In this document: piece by piece, positions 36,280 through 48,400 of the stretch
Layout: each line of letters begins with the position of its first letter
How positions within the stretch are numbered: position 1 is the stretch's first letter
IMG/VR virus record: IMGVR_UViG_3300037359_000101
Location: 4,876-68,875 of that record
Length of the DNA: 64,000 nucleotides
Direction: 5' to 3' (one strand)
DNA from: a virus
Notes under the pieces: generated by a model
Database searches by the model: none
Seen by the model: the letters and a program-made list of their open reading frames with translations, nothing else
Told to the model about the DNA's origin: nothing
Translations under genes and position numbers: made by a program

Positions 36280-37293
36280 ATGGCTTTTGTAGCAGTGGCA
36301 ATCGGAGGGGCCGCCCTGGCAGGGGTGGCGAGCAGCGCAATCAGCAGCAGTTCGGCCAGCAAAGCCGCGCAGTCGCAAACGAATGCGATCAACGCCGCGC
36401 AGGCGAATCTCGACAACCTTGATCCGAATGTCGTAAACGAGCAAGCATTGCAGGCGGATACCGCGCGGGCGAAGAATCAGATCGCGCTTCAGGCGCAGAT
36501 AGACCCCGCACTTGCGGCACAGCGCCAGCAGTCTGAGGGAATGCTTTCGGCTCAGCTTTCTCAGATTGGAAATGCTCAGAGCGATCAGGTTGCCAACGCG
36601 GCTACCCAGTCGGCGCTGGCCGGTGTTCCCGGGCTCCAATCCGGCGAAGCTTCTTTGGTGTCCGCCGCGAACCAGAACCTTGCCGCTGGCGCGACGCTGC
36701 CGGCGGACCTGCAAGCGCAGATGATGCAGTCCGGTCTGGAACAGACCGGCGCAGTCACCGGCACAGCCACCGCGCGAGGCGCGGGCGGCCCGATTCTTCA
36801 GCAGGTTCTTGGCACCGCTGGACTTCAACTTCAGCAGCAGCGACAGACTCAAGCGGCCAATCTGATGACCGCCGCTGGCAATCTCGACTCGCAGCGTCAA
36901 CAGATTTTGCAAAGCCTTTTCCCGAAGCTCCAGACGCAGCAGTTGAACAACATGTCGGCGACTTCGGGAGTGCTGAACAACTCGAACAACCTGCTTCCGC
37001 AGGCGGGCCTATCGGGCGCGAACGTAGCGAACATTTGGCTGGCTAAAGTGGGAGCCACGAATCAGCTTACGATCCAAGCGGGGAACGTCAACGCGCAGAA
37101 CGCACTCGCTCAGGGCGCGGCGACCAACCAGGGCATCGGGGCGGTGTCGGGAACCCTTCCCGGGCTGGCTTCCTATTTCAACAGTGCGGGCAGCAGCGGT
37201 GGGAGTGGCAGCAGCGGCCTTAGCGACTTATTTGGCACGGCAACTACGGGCGGGGGTTCGACCGCTAGTGGTCTGGCAGTCCCCAGCATCTGA
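36280..37293 (+). CDS. internal virion / DNA ejection protein
   Basis: MAFVAVAIGGAALAGVASSAISSSSASKAA N-terminus and A/Q/N-rich body, as in P22 gp7-like pilot proteins. Confidence 0.7.
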   Translation: MAFVAVAIGGAALAGVASSAISSSSASKAAQSQTNAINAAQANLDNLDPNVVNEQALQADTARAKNQIALQAQIDPALAAQRQQSEGMLSAQLSQIGNAQSDQVANAATQSALAGVPGLQSGEASLVSAANQNLAAGATLPADLQAQMMQSGLEQTGAVTGTATARGAGGPILQQVLGTAGLQLQQQRQTQAANLMTAAGNLDSQRQQILQSLFPKLQTQQLNNMSATSGVLNNSNNLLPQAGLSGANVANIWLAKVGATNQLTIQAGNVNAQNALAQGAATNQGIGAVSGTLPGLASYFNSAGSSGGSGSSGLSDLFGTATTGGGSTASGLAVPSI

Positions 37294-37295
37294 AC

Positions 37296-37589
37296 ATGGC
37301 ACTCTCCCCACATGGCGGTTGGACGGCGTCTTCGTTGTTGCCCGGGCTCGCGGCTGGTTTCTCCGCCGGTATGACTCCTGGGTCGAAGCTCGCTCCGGCT
37401 CAGGTGTCTGGCAATCCGAACAGCCAGAAAGTTGCGCTCGCGCAATCGACGGCATCCCGGAAGGCCCTGCTGGACCGGGTCATGGGAAAACAAAGCACCT
37501 TGGCCCCCGCGAAACAGCCGAACCAGAACCTAGCGGCAAATTCTTTTTCAACCCAAGGCTATCAATTCTCTCCGGTAACTAAACTTTGA
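37296..37589 (+). CDS. small hypothetical protein
   Basis: Tiles the operon. Confidence 0.55.
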   Translation: MALSPHGGWTASSLLPGLAAGFSAGMTPGSKLAPAQVSGNPNSQKVALAQSTASRKALLDRVMGKQSTLAPAKQPNQNLAANSFSTQGYQFSPVTKL

Positions 37590-37592
37590 GCT

Positions 37593-37748
37593 ATGGCTGC
37601 TGAACGAGACGACGGACAAGACAAGACCGACCGCAGAGAAGACGCGCGGCTGGTTCAGAAGGAGCTTGACTTTCAAAACAAGATGCCGTTCTATGAGTCG
37701 GAACCGGACATCAAATACGCGCCTCGGGTGAAGGGAGAGAACGAATAA
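37593..37748 (+). CDS. 51-aa charged protein
   Basis: MAAERDDGQDKTDRREDARLVQKELDFQNKMPFYESEPDIKYAPRVKGENE*; fills the gap exactly. Confidence 0.55.
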   Translation: MAAERDDGQDKTDRREDARLVQKELDFQNKMPFYESEPDIKYAPRVKGENE

Positions 37749-37749
37749 T

Positions 37750-39447
37750 ATGGCAGGCATCCAAGACCCGCAACCTTTGTCGATTTCCACTCTCGGGCAG
37801 CCGCTGGTGAGCCCGCTCGATCCCGCCGCGACACCACAGGTAGTGGCGCTTGACCAGCAGATCAATCAGCAGGCGCAGGCAAGCTCTGCCGGGCTCATCC
37901 AGGCCATCCAGAATGCTCCCGTTGCGGCAGCGCAGAGACAGTTAGCGCTTCAGCAGGCTGCGGAAACGCTGGACCCGAATGCAGTGGCTGCAAGGGAAGC
38001 CCAGGTTCAAGCGGCTGCCGCGACAGCGGCAGCGACGACTGCACAGGCGAATCTTGCCACCAAGCCGCCCGGGACCGCAGACTTGATCGCGCTGCACATA
38101 AAGTATCACGGCGTCCCCGTGCGGGGGACCAACGGAATGCCGGATTTAGATGCAACGGCGGAGAGTGGTGCGGCGTGTTGGCGTGCCGAAAACCAGCTTC
38201 AATACGCTTTGAAGGGACTCCAAGCGACTCCGCAGGTGTTTTGGGAAAACGGTCAACAGCGCAGCCGGCTCGTCAACGGGTTTGGGGATAACCTGACCCC
38301 CGGCCCGGATGGATCGAACCCGGTTCGCGAAAAGTTTGAGAAGATGCGGGACTCCGCAGCCTCCACTCTCTTTGGGAGCCCGGACTACTCTGGAAACACG
38401 CCGGGGCAGTTGAACCCCACCCCGGAAACAGGAGCGGCCCCGGGCGCGCCAACGCTTTCGGCGGCTGACGTTGCTCCCGCCACTCCACCGGTGTCCGCGT
38501 ATCCCGCATGGGCAGCGGCGCAGCAGCCGGCGTTAGCGGCACCCGTTGACCCGTCCCAGGCCCGCGCGTGGCTGCTGAACGCCGGGGTTAATCCGGCAAC
38601 GATGTCTGACACGGACGCGGTGGAAGCCTATCAGTCATTGCAGTCCAGGGTTGCTTCAGCAGTCGTTCCTCTCGCCCCGCCGGCAGCCGCGCCCGCCGTT
38701 GCGCCGATCACGACGGTTTCGTCACAGCCCACAGCCACGGGCGGCCATACCACCACGATCTCTGTCGAACCGAAACCGGCTCCCGGGATTCCGATGGCTC
38801 AGCGGCCAGTCGTCAGCCCGTGGGGGCCGAGTTTTCTCGCAGCACCAATGCCCGGGACCGATCCGAAGTCGCAGGTGATGAACTTGAAGAACCCGGAAAA
38901 CGAAGCGTATCACACTTGGAACAAATCCAAGGGAGAGATAGCGGAAGTCCGCTCGCTGGCCGCTGACCCAGAATATGCGGGCAAGACTCCGGCACAGCAG
39001 AATGCTACCGACCTGAACCCGTTTGACCTTCGGCTGAAGGCAGCGGTTTCGGCGATGACGAATCCGCAGACTGCTGAAGGCAGGTCTGGTTACAAGATGA
39101 TGGAGCTTGAGTTGAAGCAGCCCTACGTTCAGAAATACGTCCAAAACATCCGAGAAGCGCTCACGGGCACGGGCACGCTGACCCCGCAGAGTCGCGCGGC
39201 GTTACTTACCGCCGCGCAACGAATTGGGCAGGCGAAGGAGGCAACCGCCGCACCCCAAGTTCGCAACACGGTTCAATCGCTGGCGCGCATGGGCGTTTCA
39301 CAGGACAGTATGCGCGCGCTGGGCTTGGACGATGAAGACCTCGCACTCGGTATGGCGGCCCCTGCTGACGCCGCGCCGCCGACGCCACCGACGCCGCCCC
39401 GGACGACTACGGTGGGCGGCAAGACCTACTACATGAAAACGTGGTAG
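37750..39447 (+). CDS. internal virion / ejection protein (putative)
   Basis: A/Q/P-rich; helical C-terminal domain (TGTLTPQSRAALL); position. Confidence 0.6.
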   Translation: MAGIQDPQPLSISTLGQPLVSPLDPAATPQVVALDQQINQQAQASSAGLIQAIQNAPVAAAQRQLALQQAAETLDPNAVAAREAQVQAAAATAAATTAQANLATKPPGTADLIALHIKYHGVPVRGTNGMPDLDATAESGAACWRAENQLQYALKGLQATPQVFWENGQQRSRLVNGFGDNLTPGPDGSNPVREKFEKMRDSAASTLFGSPDYSGNTPGQLNPTPETGAAPGAPTLSAADVAPATPPVSAYPAWAAAQQPALAAPVDPSQARAWLLNAGVNPATMSDTDAVEAYQSLQSRVASAVVPLAPPAAAPAVAPITTVSSQPTATGGHTTTISVEPKPAPGIPMAQRPVVSPWGPSFLAAPMPGTDPKSQVMNLKNPENEAYHTWNKSKGEIAEVRSLAADPEYAGKTPAQQNATDLNPFDLRLKAAVSAMTNPQTAEGRSGYKMMELELKQPYVQKYVQNIREALTGTGTLTPQSRAALLTAAQRIGQAKEATAAPQVRNTVQSLARMGVSQDSMRALGLDDEDLALGMAAPADAAPPTPPTPPRTTTVGGKTYYMKTW

Positions 39448-39491
39448 CAACCGGTTGCGCCCGCTACCGTTTTCGCATAACCTAACACCAA

Positions 39492-42400
39492 ATGGCTGAC
39501 ATCAACACCAGCGACGCGACCGCGCAAGCACCGGCGCAAGCGCCCACCTTCACGGATGCGGCAGGCAATCCAGTCCAGTTCACTCCCGAGCAACAAGCGG
39601 AGGCACTGCAAAATCTCTCTCCTGCACCCACCACAGCCGCTACAGCCGCCCCGCCCGAGGCACCGCAAGAGCTACTGAACCCCTACAAGGGAATGCAGTT
39701 GACCGACGAAGCTGGCAAACCGGCAGCGCTTACGCCCGCGCAGCAGGCAGAAGCGCGCAAGAATGCGGGAGTTGTCGATCCACTGCTCGACCTGTCGGCG
39801 GATGACATGTTCGCCCTTGCTCGAAACCCGGACAACAATTTTAGCATCCTCCAGGCATTCCGAGCCCGGCAAAAGGAAGTGGCACAGGACCCGGGAGCGA
39901 CCCGGCGAGTTGCCGACGCCTGGGCAAAATACAAAGCCAGCACGGGGTTGGGTGATCTTCCCTCTGTTAGCGACATGGCCAACAATGTCTGGGGATTCGT
40001 CAGCAACGCTGCCAAGTATGCCGGCGGACTCGTCCAGTCGTATCCGGCTCGAATCGGGGCTGCCTTGGGGGGAACAGACGGGGAGATGACCCCAGCGGAA
40101 GCGGAAGCGCTGCAAACTCAGGCAGAACGCGCGGCGGCCACGGGAACGGCGCTCACGGGGTTAGGGCAACAAGTGGGCCGTCTGTTCGAGCCTAACGCAG
40201 GCTCCCCCAGTATTATACCCAGCCCGGTAATCAGCGCCGGAATGAACCGCGTTGCTGGCCTCTTTGGAATTCCCGAAGAAAAGCCTAGCGCGCCACCGAA
40301 CCCTGTTGAAACCCTTTTTCGGGACTCCACCAAGGCAGACCAACTCCAGAAAGCCACTGAAGGCAAACTCGGCGGCCCCATCGGTGATCTTCCTCCAGAA
40401 ACCCTCGCAGCAATGGCCAAAGCAGGCTATCCCCTGCGGCCCGACGTTGTCGCCAGCCTCGCGCAGGGCGATCCACTTTCGCTCTACCTCATGGGCAAAG
40501 CGTTCGGCGCTGCCGGGGAGGCCATTCCCACGGTCATCCCCAAAGCGGCGCTAAACTCCGCCGGGGAGGCGGTCGCTACTGGTGCCGGGGGGACTATCAG
40601 CGCGTTGTCGAAAGGCGCGCAGGCAGTAATCCCGAAAGTGACCCCGTTTCTTCCGCCGGCTTTCGCCGCAAAGGGCGCGGCGACGGGTGCGGTGAGCGTC
40701 GGTCCGATAACCGGAGCCGCTATCGGCTGGGGCGCGGGCAAAGCAGCGGCCAAGCAGTTGACTTCGCTGGCCCCCACCCTGGAAAAACTGGAACTGGCGG
40801 GGCAGCAAATCGCGGGCAAGCTTCCGGTGTCAAGTTCCTATACTCAGCTTGCCAAAGACATTTTCCAGTCGGTTCCAGCGGCAGCGTATGAGGTTGGCAA
40901 AGGCGCGCTTTTTGACGTGGCGATGGGCGAGTCGGCAGATACTCCCGAGGAGGTTAATGGAGTCGGAATCGGAACTGCCTTTGGGATTCTCGGCGGCGGA
41001 ATGGTAGCCGGCCAGCACGTATTGAGCGGTCAGCTAATCGCACCAAGAGCCTACGGGTCCCGGGTGACTGTTCCGTCAAACGGATTTTATCCCGCGCTGG
41101 ATGCCGTGCATCAAGCGGCGGCGAGCGTGGCACCAGATGGAGTGAAAACGCGTGTAAACGCTATTCGGGCTTTCGTCAAAGGCGCGCTCCCGGACTACGA
41201 TTTCATTTACGCCGGCCCCAAACCCGCTGAGGGTCCCGACCCGTTGGTTTCGGCGTTGACCAAGATGGGAGTCCCGGAAGAGCAAGCGAACACCTGGGCT
41301 GCTCAAGACGGTATCACCAGCCGAGTTCTCGGCGACCACAAAGTCATCATCGCTCGGGACGTGGACGCCGCCCCGCACGAAGCTGGGCATGGCATTGAAG
41401 ACGTTCTGGGCGAGTCGATCATGCGCGGCTTCGACCGAGCGATACAGGCTGACCCGCAGTATGCTAACAACTGGGACCGCTTGGGCCAGAGCTATGCCGA
41501 TGCCTTGGGCGGAAGACCTGACGAATCGTGGCAGGACACAATCCTGCGGAAGTCTGGGTGGGGTGCCCGGGAGGCTCAAGAGAAGCTTGGTCAGCCCGCA
41601 GTTGGCGAAGGTCCCTCCGATCCGGCAGCCGCCCAATCCAAATGGGCTCAAGCGCTCGACGCCGCTGGCGGCGACCCCACCGAAGCCTACAAAGCGGTCT
41701 TGACCCCCGGGGAGCAGAGTGAAGTGGCAAACCGCTACATCTCCCGGGAAGTGGCTGCTGAAAACTTCGATGCGATGTTCAAGCATACCGGCGGATTTAC
41801 GTCGGAGGACAATTCGATACCCGCACGCATGGCGCGGGTAGTCGGTGGAATGGTGTCCTACCTCGGCGGAGAACCGCTGGCCGGACGCACCTCGGAATAC
41901 CGCAAGTTTCCGCTCAGCTACGACGTTACCAAAGCCCAGGCCGAAGGAGTCGAGGGCGTCTTGGGAAACAAGCCGATGATCGAACCACCCACCCCGAGGG
42001 GTCTGAAAAACTTCGGGCCGCCGGTGACGCAGCAGCAAAAAGACGATGCCCAGAAGTCCGCGCAGGCGATGGCCGCAGAGGCAAGCCCGACACCGCTCGA
42101 ACCCGGAGCCAGCAGCCCGCGTGAAAGTATTGCAACTCTTGCTGAGGCAATGGCCGGGGGCAGCCCAGTCCAAATCACAGGCCGCGCAGCCGCTCCGGGC
42201 GATCCTAGCTCGTCCATCGCGTCCAACCGCACGGTCCGCCGGGCGATTATCGAAGTCTGGCGGCGGATGCCTGACTCGGCTAAGTCGCTGGTGCAGAAAC
42301 TTTTCTTCCCCACCCGCATAATCAAGACCAAAGGCGGCACCTATCAGGCCGAGGGCTGGTCTCCAGAAGTGCTCGCCGCGAATGCTCAGAAGAGCGCAGA

Positions 42401-45400
42401 ATTCCTCAGTCAGCTATCTGAGAAGGGTTCGCCGATTGCCTTGCCCGCCGGAGTTGAGCTAGACCCGGCAACCAAGTCTTTCACCCCCGACAGTTGGAAG
42501 CTGATTTTCGACCAGTTGGACAAATTTGCTGCCAATCAGCGCGCGGGCAGAACGGGTGCCGGTGGGCCGCTGGTGGTCCCGAAAGAAGTCACCGAGTCCG
42601 GCGGCTATGCCCCTCCCGTCAGGGGAGAAGTCTCGCCGGTGCCACAGGACATGGCGGACTTCCTGAACTACCTCTACAATTTCAAGCTGCCGGACACCGC
42701 GCTGATTCGCAAAGGCACGCCGGCCAATATCCAAGCGCAGCGGGTCAGCGAGGCAACAATGCCCGGGCGAGTCAGCGAGCCGGTTACTCCCAGAGGAGTG
42801 TTTGGCGAATACGGGAAGACTGAAGCGACCCGAGCCAAACAGCGCGCTGCCGCTGAACTGTTGGGAATCTCGGGCACTCCAGTCGCCGAAGTCAATCCTT
42901 TTCGGAAGACCGTGGAACAAGCCGCAGCGGCAACTGGAATCCCGGCTCCGTCTTTGTTCGAGGCGATCCAGCATCTTAATGTTGAGGGCATCAAGAGTGT
43001 TGAACACGCGCCCGAACAAGGAACGCCGAACATCCCGGCGAACACGGCGACGCTGACCGCCGGCTTTCAACCGCCCCGTGTAAACGACGAACCTGCGGAA
43101 CATTTAATTCTCCCCGAGGGAATTAAAGGATCGACTGTTTCCAAACCACAGCCACTCTATCATATCGCTTCGGCAGAAGAGGGCAACCCGTGGGTCCGCC
43201 GGTCCGCCGATCCTACGCGCTCAAGCGCTACCGACAACTCGGGACGCACGCTTCTGGTCCAGGTATCCAGCGACTTGATAAACCCCGAGGCGCTGGCCGG
43301 CAACAAGGACCAAGCCACCCAGTATTACGATAAGCTCTACTCTGGCGCTCGCCCCGGTTACGCGCGGATGCAGGACTTCTGGGAAATCCCGCAGTGGATT
43401 GGCTTTGCCAGCCACTTCGTTCCAGACGCGGATGTCTATGTCGTGCGCGACGTGGCGACCGCAAAGAAATTCCTGAACGAGGCCGGCTATGGCCGCGTCG
43501 CCTTCTCCGCACTAGACACCAACAAGGCGCTAATCCGCGATCTCGTAACGGACTACCCGGGCAAGGTGGACATCGGCGGGTATGTGGACCCGAAGACTTT
43601 CTCCGACCTGCCGAACGTCAAATGGCATGATTCGATGGAGTCCTTGGCTAACGACATGGGCCTCCCATATAAAAATGGGGTTGACTATCGGCACTTCCAA
43701 GGTTCCGACGTTATCCCGCGCCTCACTATGTCTCAAGGGTGCCGTCATAAATGCGCCTTCTGTTCGGTCTCGAAAAAGGTGACGGAGACTCCCTCAGCTA
43801 CCATCGTCCAACAGGCCGACCAAATTGCCAAGCTTGGCTCGAAGCTCGTCTATCTCAATGACAAGACTTTTGGCCAAGCGAGCAACTACAAGCAGCTTTC
43901 TGACCTTAACCAGCAAATCCTAGCGCAGAATCCCGACTTCAAGGGGTTCATCGTCCAGACGACGGCGGCTCAGTTGAAGACAATGCCTGCCGACTGGCTG
44001 GCGAAGTCGGGCATCAAGTTCGTGGAGCTTGGCATTGAAAGCTATAACGACCCGATCTTGAAGGCGATGCACAAGCCCGCGACGACTTCGATGATCGACC
44101 AGGTGACTCAGAAGTTGCGTGACAATCACATCGCGCTGATCCCGAACATCATCATCGGGTATCCGGGCGAGACGCCCGAGACCTACAAGGCGACCCTCGA
44201 TTACCTCAAGTCGAATAAGGACATCATCAGCCACGCCAACATCTACAACTTGGCACTCTACAAGGACGCCGAGTTAGGCAAACAGATCGCGACCGGTGCG
44301 GACGCGGACTTCAACGAGAATGTCCTGGAGAAGTCTTTCCACACCAACCCGGAGGTGCATCGCCAGTTCGCCGGAGACGTTTACGGTTTGGCCCAGTCGA
44401 TGCTCGAAGGTTCGCCGGAGAGCGCGCAGTTCCAAGCACCGCGCGAGGGCGTGGAAAAGCTGGACGACATGCCAGACTCGATGGAAAAGATTTTCCCGAA
44501 GAGTCTGCCCAATTTTCAGTTCCAGCCGAACAAGGACCCGCGCGCCGTTCGCACCGCCGCCGTAAGAGACCCGGAGACGGGCCGCATTTTTGAGGGCGCG
44601 ATGCACTATAACGCGCTCACGAAGGCGATGAACGAGGGCGGCATCGCGGGGCCGGACTTGGTGAAGCTGGATCACGGCTTCCTGACTAATGAAAACGAAT
44701 ACCTGACACGTCAAGAGGCGTGGGAGCGCGCAAAGGAACTTAATCAGCTTGGAAAAGGCTCCTTGGAGCGCGACGGAAAACAGTATGCCGGGTTCGATAG
44801 CGGGTTGGTTTCCGAGGACCTGCCCAAACCCGCGCCGGCAGAAGTAGTTCCCGAGGTGCAAAAGCTCCTCGACAATGTTTACAACTTGACCCCGGAACAG
44901 TGGTCCGCGATGGTGAAATCGCCAGAAGCGCGGGGCGGGTCAAGTTACGCTCACCGCACCGGAATGGCCGCCAAATCGACTGCCGATCTCGCGGCACTCC
45001 GCGAGGCGCATGGGGTCACGTCTGAACTTGGCCGGCAGTCACTCCAAAATAAAGACCCGATGGGGGCGATGAATTTCGGAGTCAAAGCCCAAGCTTTGAG
45101 AGAGGCATACGAGGCGGCCACGGGGAAGACGATGGATGGCACCCAAGACGTTAGTGGGACGATCCGCGCGCTGCATGATCCCAACTACCAGCCGCCCGTG
45201 ACCGGACAATACCAAGTGGCCCCCGAAGTCCGCGAGCTTGTGGACCGAATGAACAGCACTTCTCCCGAAGAGTGGTCCGACTGGGCGCACGCAGGCGGTG
45301 GCATGTCCTTCGCCGCCCACACCGCCGGCACCAAAGCTCGCTCGGCGGCAGACCTCGATGCCCTCCGCACAGCATACGCGATCCACAGCCGGATTGCCGA

Positions 45401-48400
45401 GAAGGCGCTGGCCGCTGATGATATTGACTTGGCCTCAGTCGCCGGCAACAAAGCACAAGCAGCCAACGAGGCGATAATGGGCGCGACTGGCCGGGATATA
45501 AAAGGACGTGATGTCACTTCGACGCTTCGCCAAGTTCACGACAAGAATTTTCAACCCCCGCTATCCGCAACCACGGACCGGCAAGCAAGCGCGCAATTCC
45601 AAGCCCAGACTGACGCCGGAAAAAAACTTGAGGAGGATGGGCATACCTTCACGGAGCACAACTACTCCGGGGGACACCTGATCGTCGTTTCCAAAGGCAA
45701 AAAGCAAATAGGTGTGATCGAAAGCTCTCCGGTGGACGATACCACTGCTCGGGTTATGGGGGTGAAGGTAACTCCCAGCGCGCAAGGCAAGGGGATTGCT
45801 GAGACTCTTTACCGGGAACTGGCTACCCGGCTTCAGGCAGAAGGCAAGACCTCGCTCACGGGAGACGTAATACACCCGGCTCCCCTGAAGATACGAGAGA
45901 AACTCTTCGGCGCAGCCACTCCTGCGGGAAGAGAATTGACCACCGCCTATGGGGGCTACGCGCAGCCCGTAACGTCCCCCATCAACCCCGAGGCACAGTT
46001 TTCTGCGCCGAAAAGGGATTACGAGGGCGAGCAAGTTACTCACGCCGCCGTGCGGTTGCCCAGCGGAAGGGTGTTCAAGGCCCGCGCTCCCCTTGGCGGG
46101 AGCGACCGGCGAAACGCAGTTCACGGTTCCGCGTTCCTCCGGGCCTCGGAGTCTGGAGATGATACCTCTAGTTGGGAAGAGGGGTTTGTCACCACCAAGC
46201 GGCCTTTCGTGGACCGGGCCACGGGCTACCGGATTGCCATCAAGTCTGGGCAATTTTCCAGAGAGGAATACGACCGGGCAGAAAGGGAAAAAATGGGTCC
46301 CCGTGGGGAGTCGCAGGGGCTAGGCGACAATCCCGACTTAGAGACGCTGTCCGCACGCCGGGCGGTCCAGATGCGAAGAGACGCAATCGCGCGGGGTATC
46401 TCGCTCGACTCACAGGCGCAGGCCCCGAAGACCTACATCATCCGCCACGGCAGCACGTCAATGAACGCGGATGATCCCGCGAAGGACAAGATTCGGGGGT
46501 TTGTCAATGTTCCCCTCTCCGAGGATGGGAAGAAAGAGGCTCAGCAAACTGCCGACCAACTCAAGTCCTCGGGAATCACTACCTTGGTGACTTCCGACCT
46601 GAAACGGGCTCGGCAGACCGCTGACGCAATCGCGAAGACAACGGGAGCGACCGTGGTAGAGAATCCCGGCTTCCGACCGTGGCACTTGGGGCCAACTATC
46701 GAGGGCAAGCCGACTAAAGAGATGTTGCCGGTCATCGCCGGCTACACCGAGAAACCGGATAAAGTTCCCCCCGGCGGTGAGTCCTTCAACAATTTCAAGG
46801 ACCGCTTCCTCGGGGCTTTTCACGATACCCAAGAAAAGTATCCAGACGAGAATGTCGGCATCGTCACCCACTACCGGGGCTCGAAGCTCATGGACGCATG
46901 GCGGGACACCGGCACAGACAACGACACGATTAACCCAGAACTTTTCGAGAAGTATTCGCCCGACACGAAGCCGGGCAGCTTCGACGTGGTGGACAAGGAA
47001 GGCGCTGAGATCAAACCCGAAAAGGAAGGTTTCCTGGGCCGAGTCCGCCGAGAGATTGGCGAGATGGCGGGGACGGTTGCCGGAATCGAGCCGGGTATTC
47101 AATTCCAGCCGAGCGCAAATCCTCGGGCTATAAAATGGCCTGCGGTCCGCTATGAAGACGACAGGGGACACGTATGGGAATATGCCGCTCCCCGACACGC
47201 TGAAGCCGAAAAAAAACTCGTGGAGGCCCTAGGGTATACCCCCCACTACAACCGGGTAGAAGACGGATTTGTTACAAACTCCGGTGATTTTCTTGATCGA
47301 GAGGCCGCCTATCGCCGAGCTATCGAGACCAAACAGTATTCTCCCAGGACCCGAGATCGCGGAAGCCTGATCGCCGAGGAGACCTCTGGGATGGCTCCCC
47401 GGGAGGACGTTCAATTCACGCCGAAGAGAGCGACAGACAAAGACTGGAAACTCAAGCTTGGAGCTAACGGTTTCTCGAAGGCGTGGATCACCCCCGAGGG
47501 GAAGCCAATCCAACTGGGGGGCACTTTTCACGACGTATGGCTAAACCAGAATCCAGACGTAAAGAAGCAACACGGCATCCCGGAGGACGTGACCGAGGAA
47601 ACTCCGGTGCGTCAAGCTGCCCTGAAAGCGGGATTTGCCCGGATCAATTACTCCGTAAACAATGGCGGCCTGATTGTCGAAGCGCGGAGCAAGGACTGGC
47701 CAAAGCTCGCGCCGGCAGTCCGTCAGTTTGTTCAGGCGAATGCGGGCAAGATCGACAACATGACGGTCGATCTTCTCGACAACAAAGCCGACCGCTCGAT
47801 TGACTCCGACTTCGCGCCGCTTTTCCAGTTCTCCGACAAGGAGAAAATGAACCACCTGCCACTGATCTCGCCGCCGAGTCCGACGACTGAAATGTCTCCG
47901 CAGGCCAGCAGCGCACAGTATCAGGCCCCCAAGCTTTTTCCTGAGCCCGCGTTCGACGAGGAGCTTGAAAAGATTCGCTCTGGTGCCACAGGCGGCCAGT
48001 CGTTCACTCCCGCTGGCGCGGTGTGGAAAGCGCCAGCCGACTCGAAGATTGACTTGGTGTCGCTGGCCTCGAAGAACATTCCACTTGGAGACCTGGACCG
48101 CGAGACGGTATCGAAGGCGCTCAAGAATTACGCGGACTTGCTGGACGAGCCGAATGTCGTGGCTGGCCTCTATGCTTTTTCTAAAGACGGCAAGCCGATG
48201 GTTTCGGTGGACATCAATGCCGCCGTCTCGAAGAAACACCGGGACAACACCCTCGCCTTTGCCAAGGCAAACGATCAAGTGGCAATCTGGGACGTGGAGC
48301 ACAACAAGGAGGTGCCGGCGGGTGGAAAGGGCGACACTCGGCTCCAGACCCCCGGTGAGATTCTCGACGCGATAAATGATCTGTCCAAAGGCAACCCGGT

